DNA of 32,000 nt from Limnohabitans sp. MMS-10A-178 (lineage in GTDB: Bacteria; Pseudomonadota; Gammaproteobacteria; Burkholderiales; Burkholderiaceae_C): contig NZ_NERY01000004.1 of assembly GCF_003063375.1 (NCBI RefSeq), forward strand, positions 137,420 to 169,419. Reading direction: 5' to 3'. The notes beneath the pieces were generated by a model that was not told the origin of the DNA, ran no database searches, and saw nothing but the letters and a program-made list of their open reading frames with translations. Shown piece after piece: positions 18,571 through 25,920 of the stretch. Every line of letters begins with the position of its first letter. Position 1 is the first letter of the stretch. The position numbers and the translations under genes were made by a program.

Positions 18571-18594
18571 TGAAGTGAAGTGAAGTGAAGTGAA
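18571..18594. repeat. pentanucleotide microsatellite (TGAAG) x4.8
   Basis: Read directly: TGAAGTGAAGTGAAGTGAAGTGAA, about 115 bp upstream of the 18457 start codon. Confidence 0.9.
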
Positions 18595-19030
18595 ATAACA
18601 TTTAGATGTCATTCACTAGGAAGCATAGATGCCACGCTAAAAAAGCGCGGCGACATTCACTGAGGTATTCATAGCTACATATACACAACTTGATTGAACA
18701 AGAAAGGCAGGTTTTGCGATCTCCTTTTATGTGCGTGTCCTTACGCAAGCAGCAGAATTCCTATGTAGTCAGATGTTTCTGTGCCTTGTGGGTTACTCTT
18801 TCGAGTGTGGCTTCCCACTCACTTTTGATTGAGCCGTATGTGGCTCTTTCACAACTATTAAGACATCACAAATGTTACATCCTGAGACGGAGTCATTTAA
18901 GCATCCTGCTGATCTTTATGGCAGCAGGTTAGTGCGATGAATCAGCGCAACAAGCTACGCCTTCTTTACCGTCTCACATCAGAACGGGTTTAGCAGCTCA
19001 ATTCAATCGGCGAGCAACCTTCTTCTTGTT

Positions 19031-19049
19031 CGTATAACTTATTTATACG
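19031..19049. repeat. perfect 7-5-7 palindrome CGTATAA-CTTAT-TTATACG
   Basis: Read directly. It lies in the 840-bp ORF-free region, 250 bp upstream of the small recombinase gene. Confidence 0.85.
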
Positions 19050-19299
19050 GACATTCTGTTTTATCGGGGCTTAGCAGCTATTTTTTGGAAATTCGAAGAG
19101 TCGAGTAGCTGGATTGGCACAAAAACGCTTGTAGGGCATTTAAAGCTGTCTATCAAAACCACGCACCAAAGAAAATTAGCATTTTCTTTACCAGTGTTGA
19201 TTTCATTGAAGAATTTATGCCCTTAAATTCGGTTGTCCTTTTTCACAAAAGAAAACAAACTTGTGTACGACTTTTTATTTGTTTCGAGGAATTGAAAAA

Positions 19300-19863
19300 A
19301 TGGCACAAGCAAAAACTTTTACTAAAGAGGAATTTGAAGAGCTTCTCGACTTCGTATCAAAGCGCAGCTACGCGATGCGAAATCGAATGATGATTTTGAT
19401 CAGCTTTTGGTCTGGAATGCGAGTTGGCGAAATTGCCAGCTTGCGAATTGAGGATGTTGTAGATACATCAGGAAAAGTAAGACGCGAAATTCGATTGGAT
19501 GCTTCACAAACAAAGGGAAATCACGCTAGAACTGTTTTTTTCCCTGATAAATTGAGAGCGGAACTTCAAATCTATGTTGATGTTCGGGCAGTTAAGGATC
19601 GAAAGCAGCCATTCTTTATGACTGCTGGTGGCAAATCTTTTTCTGCGAATGTGATGACGCAGCATTTCTTTTGGCTGTATCGAAAAGCAGGCTTTGAGAC
19701 TGGAAGCCACAGCGGCAGACGTAGTTTTATTACCAATCTTGCTTCCAAAGGTATTGGCGTAAGAGTCTTGGCAAGTTTGGCGGGACACAAATCAATTAGT
19801 GTGACGCAAAAATATATTGACGTGAATGATGATATGAAACGGAACGCAATTGAAATGATCTAA
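19300..19863 (+). CDS. small (187-aa) tyrosine recombinase, catalytic domain only
   Basis: GAGGA RBS 9 nt before ATG 19300. Catalytic signature residues are present: R in GMRVGE, H-x-x-R in SHSGRRSF, H in LAGHKS, Y in TQKYID. There is no room for an N-terminal core-binding domain. Confidence 0.8.
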   Translation: MAQAKTFTKEEFEELLDFVSKRSYAMRNRMMILISFWSGMRVGEIASLRIEDVVDTSGKVRREIRLDASQTKGNHARTVFFPDKLRAELQIYVDVRAVKDRKQPFFMTAGGKSFSANVMTQHFFWLYRKAGFETGSHSGRRSFITNLASKGIGVRVLASLAGHKSISVTQKYIDVNDDMKRNAIEMI

Positions 19864-19875
19864 CAATTGCTTTAA

Positions 19876-20934
19876 TTAAGCATCTCGAATAATGACAATT
19901 CTTTCCCGCGGTTGGATGATTAAATTGTTTTGCCTTGTTCTCTCGGGCTCGTCGTAGTAGATACCTTTTACACCTGCTAATTTATTCACACTTAGCTCTG
20001 AAATTAGGTTCAGGTTCCACCAACTACTCTCAAGCTCTTTGTGCTGATCTAGTTGTCTTTGTGTAAATCGTTGTCCATTTAAGGCAACTTCTTCGTAGCT
20101 TGGGAAGATGCCTCTTTCGGCATTGGCAGTAAGTAGTCCCGCTTTTTGAATATTTCGGCTGACGGCTACTCTCATTCGGTTGTGCCTTGCTCTAACTTCA
20201 TCTGGTGAACCACTCATCGATTCGTTTTTGGGGCTTACTTTGAGTAATTTTCCAATTCGATAGAGATCCGCTTTCGACGTTTCTCTCAAAGCCTCAGGTT
20301 TATTTTGCTTAAGCCACTTTGGCTTTTCAATAAGTTCTCGATGAAGGGCGTATACCTCGTGAACCTTTTGGAGAATCGGTGTTCCAAATTGAACAGGTTG
20401 GATTTTGAACTCAGCAGTAGTCAGTTCAATTCGCCTATTTAATCTAATACTTTCGTATTCTTTTAATAGTTTTCCAATATTTTTTTGAATAGTCCGAGTG
20501 CTTAGTTTCAATGGTATTTCAACCCAAATCTTGTCCTCTGCGGGTAATTGTCTTTCTCGATCAGAAGGACGTCTGGGCACTTCTTTTACTTTTGGGAATT
20601 TTTCTTCTTCGCTAAAGATTCTGTAACCACGTTCTACCCACCATTCATCAAAGTTGGTTTTGTATACATCACCGAACCGTCTGTAAACCCTGCGAAGCTT
20701 CTCATCTTGAGTAGCTATGTTGTGACCTTGTGTTGTTTGACAAACCAGCCAGTAAGCCTTGCTGAGACGAAGGCATTCCCACCACCAGCGTCGAACACTA
20801 TTTCTCACATCTACGAGTGACTCCTCCGGTTTTTTGTACCGAAGTTTTCGAAGTCCTTTTAGAACGTGCTCTTGGTTATCAGGTGGTGAAAAATCTTCAT
20901 TCATTATTAGTCTGCCATATGCGCGAAACAACAT
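19876..20934 (-). CDS. hypothetical 352-aa basic protein
   Basis: Long ORF with island-like composition. The N-terminal RRWWWECLRLSKAYW faintly recalls the W-x-W-E-F-L-R-R motif of regulator-like domains on integrative elements (from memory, weak). The start is ATG 20934 or 20904. Confidence 0.6.
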   Translation of the reverse strand: MLFRAYGRLIMNEDFSPPDNQEHVLKGLRKLRYKKPEESLVDVRNSVRRWWWECLRLSKAYWLVCQTTQGHNIATQDEKLRRVYRRFGDVYKTNFDEWWVERGYRIFSEEEKFPKVKEVPRRPSDRERQLPAEDKIWVEIPLKLSTRTIQKNIGKLLKEYESIRLNRRIELTTAEFKIQPVQFGTPILQKVHEVYALHRELIEKPKWLKQNKPEALRETSKADLYRIGKLLKVSPKNESMSGSPDEVRARHNRMRVAVSRNIQKAGLLTANAERGIFPSYEEVALNGQRFTQRQLDQHKELESSWWNLNLISELSVNKLAGVKGIYYDEPERTRQNNLIIQPRERIVIIRDA

Positions 20935-21070
20935 TTAACGGCTAAGCAGGCAAAGTGTAACTGTTAGCGATGGAAACAGAAAGCAAAAGCGATTTGGGAC
21001 TGTTGTTAATGGCAACTTGAGCAGGTTGTTCAGGTTGTCTTTTTAACTTGGTTACATAAAGGAATACCAA

Positions 21071-22081
21071 ATGACAGCAGTTATTGAGAAAACTACATCT
21101 TCTGTAAACACTACAGCTACTTTCAGTACAACTTTGCCAAATGGTCAAAAAATGACTATCAATAGTGGAGTTGAAGAATTGGAGTTTGTAAGCAATCAAT
21201 TTAAAGATTTGCCGATTGAAGAGCGATTGGTTGCCGCCGAAAAAGTTCGGGATGAAATGATAGAAAACACAGACAACGAAGATAAGGAGCAATTGGATAA
21301 AGAAATCAGCGAAATGACATCTTCGTACGAGCAGCCAAAGGAACAGTATTCGGTTCCTGCGAAATTGGAATACACGATTGACGAAGATGAGGAAGAAGAA
21401 AAGATAGAGCCTAAGACGCGTCAAGCATATGTCTGGTATTTCAAAGCGCATCAGCGTCGTACAGCAATCGCTTCTTTACAAATGTGTCGCGTTGTCTACG
21501 AAGCTAGTAAGTCATTAGCAGATCTAAACTTCGACGAGTTTTGTAAAAACATTGGTTACGAACCAAAAAGCAGCACTATCCGGAAATTCACAGTTGTAGG
21601 AAAGGTGTACCCACGATTGATCAAATATGCTGATCAATTGCCAGCAGCGTGGACAAGCATCTACGCTTTGACACAAATGCCAGCCGATGAATTTGAACGT
21701 TGTATTGAAAGTGGGTACCGTTTGTGTGATCTTTCTGGTGGCGAAATTGATCAGTTAGTTAAGAAAACTCGACAGATCAATAACTTGATGTCGCCATTCA
21801 AGTTAGATAAGAAGCAAAACGCCATTTGCGTAGCAAAAGTTTATTTCACACGCACGATGGATGACGTTGATCTGCGATTGCTTCAGAAAGCATTTGATGA
21901 AGTTGCCGCTAGATTGCCAGTCAAGCTGAGTATTGAAACGCAAGTTCTCGAAATGTTCAAAGAGCGTGCCAATCAGCGTTATCAAAAGCTAAAGCAAGAA
22001 GCTCCTGAAACAGGTATCAAACCTGAAGCTTGGGACTATGGTGTTGCTGCTAATTCTGTCTATAACAAAGACGCAGCATAA
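21071..22081 (+). CDS. hypothetical 336-aa protein with an acidic N-terminal half
   Basis: AAGGA RBS 8 nt before ATG 21071. The acidic low-complexity N-terminus is followed by a C-terminal region (FCKNIGYEPKSSTIRKFTVVGKVYPRL...LPAAWTSIYALTQMP) that resembles phage/plasmid helix-rich DNA-binding proteins (weak). Confidence 0.6.
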   Translation: MTAVIEKTTSSVNTTATFSTTLPNGQKMTINSGVEELEFVSNQFKDLPIEERLVAAEKVRDEMIENTDNEDKEQLDKEISEMTSSYEQPKEQYSVPAKLEYTIDEDEEEEKIEPKTRQAYVWYFKAHQRRTAIASLQMCRVVYEASKSLADLNFDEFCKNIGYEPKSSTIRKFTVVGKVYPRLIKYADQLPAAWTSIYALTQMPADEFERCIESGYRLCDLSGGEIDQLVKKTRQINNLMSPFKLDKKQNAICVAKVYFTRTMDDVDLRLLQKAFDEVAARLPVKLSIETQVLEMFKERANQRYQKLKQEAPETGIKPEAWDYGVAANSVYNKDAA

Positions 22082-22115
22082 GTTTGTTCCAAATAGAACA
22101 AATCATCAACTAAAC

Positions 22116-22135
22116 GGGAGGGGGAAACCCCTCCC
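22116..22135 (+). terminator. GC-rich hairpin GGGAGGGG-GAAA-CCCCTCCC downstream of the 336-aa gene
   Basis: A perfect 8-bp stem. No strong T-run follows on either strand, so its role as a terminator is tentative. Confidence 0.4.
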
Positions 22136-22162
22136 AATTAAGTCAAATAAACAGGAGCACTT

Positions 22163-22321
22163 ATGACCAAGAATACATTCACCAAAGACGTACGCGAGTT
22201 CTATTTTTCAAACTACAGCCATTACAGTGAGGACTTCTCAATTGATGAGGATTTGATTTATTCGCCAGAAGAATTGAAAGATCTTCGCAAATCAATGATG
22301 CTGGAATACTGGATTGATTAA
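22163..22321 (+). CDS. possible 52-aa acidic protein
   Basis: AGGAG RBS 6-7 nt before ATG 22163. Sequence MTKNTFTKDVREFYFSNYSHYSEDFSIDEDLIYSPEELKDLRKSMMLEYWID. Its stop overlaps the stop of the convergent XRE gene. Confidence 0.45.
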   Translation: MTKNTFTKDVREFYFSNYSHYSEDFSIDEDLIYSPEELKDLRKSMMLEYWID

Positions 22322-22737
22322 GCAATCAACAATTCATCAAGCTCTGGGACTTTAAATTCAGCTGCTAATTCTCGTAAAAGTCGACGTTGAACTTTACTAA
22401 GCGCTAGATACTGCTTGATGAATTTTTGATCTGCGTTTGAGACTTCAAATTCACCACGACCCAAATCAGCTATTAGAGTTTTTTCACGATCTATTCCGAA
22501 ACGCAATTGTTCAGGACTTGTATCCAACAGTTTGGCAAGGAGTACTAACTTTTCTTGAGTTGGCAAACTTTTTCCAAGTAACCAATTTCGTGCTGTATGA
22601 GGAGTAATTAGTCTGCCCTCATACTTTGAGTTGAATAAGTTGGCAATGACAGTAGGGCTTTGCTTGAACCCTTTCGAGTCAATAGCTATGGCAAGTCGCT
22701 CTGCGAATTTTTGGTTTTCAATTTGAGTAGGTAGCAA
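22318..22737 (-). CDS. XRE-family helix-turn-helix transcriptional regulator
   Basis: N-terminal HTH (FAERLAIAIDSKGFKQSPTVIANLF...TARNWLLGKSLPTQEKLVLLAKLLDTSPEQL). The only possible start is TTG at 22737. Confidence 0.7.
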   Translation of the reverse strand: MLPTQIENQKFAERLAIAIDSKGFKQSPTVIANLFNSKYEGRLITPHTARNWLLGKSLPTQEKLVLLAKLLDTSPEQLRFGIDREKTLIADLGRGEFEVSNADQKFIKQYLALSKVQRRLLRELAAEFKVPELDELLIA

Positions 22738-22920
22738 GACAGTCCAATCAACAATGGACAGATCTTAGATTGAATTTACAAAAAACGCGATAAAGATTTA
22801 AAAATGTAAGTGCTTGTATCAATTAGTTAGGTTGTTGTCGACATCACCACTAAAGTTGTCATCAATTACAGCTGTTGATAAATCAATCTGAAACTTTAAG
22901 CCCCGAGTCTTCAAACGGTG

Positions 22921-23178
22921 TCAAAACCATCCGCAATAAACCTCTACTCGCTTAATACCATTAGCTGCTAGAGGCAACTTGACCGCATTTGAAAGATGAA
23001 AAGTGCCATTGAATACGGCACCCCTGTATGTGGCATTTTTCACTTTTATGACGCGAATATTTTGAAGATGGACTGTGCCCTTAACTTTGGCAAGTTTGCT
23101 TAAGTCTGGGCATTTCGTTTTGTCCCAGATTGGTCGCTCGAAATAGTGGTTCATTTTGTATCCAGATAAATGTTCCAA
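22921..23178 (-). CDS. hypothetical small protein (77-85 aa)
   Basis: ORF only. The start is TTG 23178 or ATG 23154. No RBS and no recognisable domain. Confidence 0.4.
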   Translation of the reverse strand: MEHLSGYKMNHYFERPIWDKTKCPDLSKLAKVKGTVHLQNIRVIKVKNATYRGAVFNGTFHLSNAVKLPLAANGIKRVEVYCGWF

Positions 23179-23378
23179 ATATCTTAGAACTTGTTTTTAT
23201 CTGTGTCTAGAGTGAAGTCAGTTTGCTTTGTAAGTGCCGTTAAGTTTTGACATAAAAAAACAGCGTGAGTTGTTAGCCCACCCTGTTCTTGCTATATCAA
23301 GTTGAAATTACTTTGCTTTTTAATCAGCCAGTTGCTTCTCTAGTGCTGCAATTTCTTCAAGCCTTTGTTGTGGTGTTG

Positions 23379-24185
23379 TCATTTCATTTGATCCCTATTA
23401 ATTTCTTGATTTTTTTTCTTAATGGCTCTGTCAGATGCTTCTATACTTTCCGACGCCTTGGTCCAGGACGCTCTCACAGCAGCGTTAATGACAAAGCCCA
23501 TACAGTAACGATTTACATCAGAGTCTTTTGGGATAAATACTCCCTTAAGAACACTACTGATGAAACGCTCTTGAGATGGTTCGCAAGTCACTCTCGATAC
23601 ACTTGGTCCTTCGAACTGAAACGCCCAAATCGTTCCGGCAACATCATAGAAATCCATTGCCGTGGATAAACTTTTTGAAAACTCCGGCATTTCATCTGAA
23701 CTTTCGCGAAGGTAAGATTGAACTTCAAATTTAGGATCAGAAATTACACCAGAATAGTCTCTATATGAAACACCTGTCCCCACTCGCGTTTGAACTCGTC
23801 TCACTACTTGCAATATCTTTTGTGCTTTTTCAATCTTTTTTCTTTCACTTGCTATCCGCTTCTCTTCCGCTGCAATCTTTTCTGCTTCTATTTTTGCTAA
23901 TGCCTCTTTTTCTTTTCTTTCACTTGCTAGCTTCTTCTCTTCTGCTGCAATCTTTTCTGCTTCTATTCTTGCTACTTCCTCTTTTTGTTTTCTATCATTC
24001 TCTTCCTGCATCATCTTTTTAGTTTGTCTATCAAAACAATCTGCTTTTTTAGCAGCATTTTTTATTGCTTGGCACTCTTGCAAACCTGTCAATGATGAAG
24101 CATAAGTTGAACTTACTACAGACAACAAAAGCAATCCAATCAATGCACCTTTGATCGCTACTTTTTCCACAGGATTTCCTTTCAT
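23379..24185 (-). CDS. secreted coiled-coil protein with an internal 25-aa tandem duplication
   Basis: Signal peptide MKGNPVEKVAIKGALIGLLLLSVVSSTYA from ATG 24185. Repeats ARIEAEKIAAEEKKLASERK / AKIEAEKIAAEEKRIASERK. The C-terminal ~130 aa are non-repetitive. Confidence 0.65.
   Translation of the reverse strand: MKGNPVEKVAIKGALIGLLLLSVVSSTYASSLTGLQECQAIKNAAKKADCFDRQTKKMMQEENDRKQKEEVARIEAEKIAAEEKKLASERKEKEALAKIEAEKIAAEEKRIASERKKIEKAQKILQVVRRVQTRVGTGVSYRDYSGVISDPKFEVQSYLRESSDEMPEFSKSLSTAMDFYDVAGTIWAFQFEGPSVSRVTCEPSQERFISSVLKGVFIPKDSDVNRYCMGFVINAAVRASWTKASESIEASDRAIKKKNQEINRDQMK
23840..23975. repeat. 75-bp in-frame tandem duplication inside the coiled-coil gene
   Basis: CTTTCACTTGCTA recurs at 23843 and 23918 with near-identical following sequence. 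Confidence 0.8.
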
Positions 24186-24228
24186 TTTTTCGCAATCATA
24201 CACATCTCGAAAATAGAATCAACAAACA

Positions 24229-25584
24229 TCAAGCCAACTTATCAGCAGCCATCGTTGCCGTCAATTTAGAGTAATGCCGCTCCAACATAGTCACAGAAGT
24301 TCCCATTTGCCGCGCAAGTGTGTGAATGTCAGTGCCAGCTAATAGTTCCTGTGTAGCATAGGTATGGCGTAAGCTGTAAAGCGTTCTGTCTGTGCCTGCC
24401 TGTCCCTTTACCAAGTCCAAGTCTTCCAACAAGCGCCTAAATATCTTGTTCATTTCAAAAGGTTTGCGTCCATCTTTGAACCTGAACAATTTGACTGGCA
24501 TTCTCAGCGCCAGCAAATCGTCAAAATTCAAGTCAGCGGTGTCAGTGTGAGTTGCCTTTAGTCGCTCAAGCACAGGCAGGCATTCGTGTTTGGCAATAAG
24601 CCACCTTGCGCCTGTTTTACCAGACACCCATATGCGTAAGTAGCGCACATCCTTTTCTACATACCACTCAATGTGCCGCCACTCCAAGTTCATTGACTCA
24701 GTGCCTTGTCGCATTCCTGTCAAACACAAAATATCCACCAAGTCTCGCAGCATCAGCCGCATCTCGCCTGTGTAGCCTTCCACGCCCACATACCAATTCT
24801 TCAGGAGCTGTTGAATTCGTGCTACTTCGTCGTTGGTGAAAGCAGGGCGAGCTTTTCCTTTCTCACCACGCACATTGAGTTTTGGCACTGGCACCTTATC
24901 GCTGATCCATCCTTGCTCCACTGCGGTTTTAGTGATGCGTGTGAATGCTGTAGAAAAAGTGAGTAGGGTAGAGACTTTGGGAGGACGTCTCAGTTGTGAA
25001 TTTCTCCACACCTCAAATTCAGCGATGTGCTTGTTGGTGATGCTGGTCAAATACATCTGCCCAAAGAACGGTATCAAATAAGTTTCAATCACAGCGATGT
25101 ATGCGGTGTAGATTTTCTTGCCTGTGCCTGCTGCGATGTCTCGCCTCATCTCAGCGACACAGCACTTTGCCATTTCATCAAATCGTTTTACCAGTGGGGT
25201 AAATCCCAAACGCTCTCTGTATCGTGCTTCGTCATATCTGTCGCAGGCAATCTGCTTGGCGTCATCGAGATTTCTGCGTCTGGTGCTAAAGCGTATCCAC
25301 TTGCCTGTGTAGATGCGAAACCTTGCTTGCCAGTAGTTGCTGCGAGCTACTTTGAACAGGACAACTTCGCTGTCTCGCAAGTGGACGAGCCTACCTTCAG
25401 CAGCAGCCAATTCGTCGATGGAATCACGCTCGAGCAGCGTTTCTACACGCTTGTGCTGCTTGACTATGCTCTCAGTTTTAACAGCGTACTTAACGCTGTT
25501 TGATGCGTTTAACAGCACAGTCGTGCTGTGGGCGCCGTAGTAATTTTTAAATGAAAAAATCTCAAGTGCGTCACGCTGTTTCAT
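24229..25584 (-). CDS. int: tyrosine-type site-specific integrase of the island
   Basis: 451 aa. C-terminal catalytic region LCLTGMRQGT...YSLRHTYATQELLAGTDIHTLARQMGTSVTMLERHYSKL. It sits 176 bp from the truncated tRNA repeat. Confidence 0.88.
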   Translation of the reverse strand: MKQRDALEIFSFKNYYGAHSTTVLLNASNSVKYAVKTESIVKQHKRVETLLERDSIDELAAAEGRLVHLRDSEVVLFKVARSNYWQARFRIYTGKWIRFSTRRRNLDDAKQIACDRYDEARYRERLGFTPLVKRFDEMAKCCVAEMRRDIAAGTGKKIYTAYIAVIETYLIPFFGQMYLTSITNKHIAEFEVWRNSQLRRPPKVSTLLTFSTAFTRITKTAVEQGWISDKVPVPKLNVRGEKGKARPAFTNDEVARIQQLLKNWYVGVEGYTGEMRLMLRDLVDILCLTGMRQGTESMNLEWRHIEWYVEKDVRYLRIWVSGKTGARWLIAKHECLPVLERLKATHTDTADLNFDDLLALRMPVKLFRFKDGRKPFEMNKIFRRLLEDLDLVKGQAGTDRTLYSLRHTYATQELLAGTDIHTLARQMGTSVTMLERHYSKLTATMAADKLA

Positions 25585-25680
25585 TCACTAACTTTATTGT
25601 CGAACTGCTAAAAGGACAACCGAGCGATAAAGTTTTTCCAGCGTAAAAACCGTGAAAAAGTAAACACGAGTGCGCTTTAG

Positions 25681-25717
25681 AAAACAAAAAAGCCCAAGCT
25701 GGACTAGCATTGGGCTT
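25681..25717 (-). terminator. intrinsic terminator between the orphan tRNA promoter/5' half and int
   Basis: Minus strand: AAGCCCAA-(12-nt loop that extends the stem)-TTGGGCTT followed by TTTTTGTTTT. Confidence 0.7.
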
Positions 25718-25760
25718 GTTATGTGAACTTAACGGTATTGGCACCGTCGTCACTGTTTTT

Positions 25761-25798
25761 TATGATTCCATCGCTCTAACCGACTGAGCTAAAGAGCC
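25761..25798 (-). pseudogene. truncated tRNA(CAT): 5' half only (position 1 to the anticodon loop)
   Basis: 38 nt identical to 14047-14084. The sequence left of 25760 has no similarity to the tRNA 3' half. Confidence 0.9.
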
Positions 25799-25808
25799 TG
25801 AGCCAAAA

Positions 25809-25817
25809 ATTATAGCA
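25809..25817 (-). promoter_or_regulatory. extended -10 element TGCTATAAT in front of the truncated tRNA
   Basis: Consensus TGnTATAAT on the minus strand, at the position homologous to 14095-14103. Confidence 0.55.
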
Positions 25818-25920
25818 AACGATTGGGTTCAATTGTTAGAACTTTTGAATAAAGTTTGGGACCTTGGATAGATGTAGCTAAGTTAGCGAGCTAATGTCAG
25901 CCTAGGGTATAACTTTACAA

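Larger units (their letters stand above)
14047..25760. mobile_element. integrated genomic island / integrative element at the tRNA(CAT) gene
   Basis: Bounded by the 107-bp direct repeat. There is an abrupt change to AT-rich composition. A tyrosine integrase gene sits at the right end and the cargo is accessory or orphan genes. Confidence 0.75.
25760..25866. repeat. right copy of the 107-bp direct repeat
   Basis: See the left copy at 14046-14152. Confidence 0.9.

Noticed and set aside
18571-18594. CRISPR array or other long tandem array in the window
   Set aside because: Only short microsatellite-type repeats exist (5-mer x4.8, 9-mer x3, 75-bp x2). There is no repeat-spacer architecture and no cas genes.
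18690-18932. 80-aa ORF inside the ORF-free region
   Set aside because: It has a TTG start, no RBS and an odd Cys/Leu/Ser-rich composition. It crosses several hairpins and repeats and is probably non-coding.
18538-19220. fimS-like invertible segment flanked by inverted repeats (18538-18562 versus 19200-19220)
   Set aside because: The best inverted match is about 19 of 25 positions with several gaps, in AT-rich DNA. No perfect inverted repeat of 9 bp or longer was found, so it is not distinguishable from chance by eye.
20942-21451. 169-aa minus-strand ORF
   Set aside because: It lies antisense to the acidic N-terminal half of the 21071-22081 gene. The Phe/Leu/Ile-rich low-complexity translation is the mirror of GAA/GAT-rich coding sequence, and there is no RBS.
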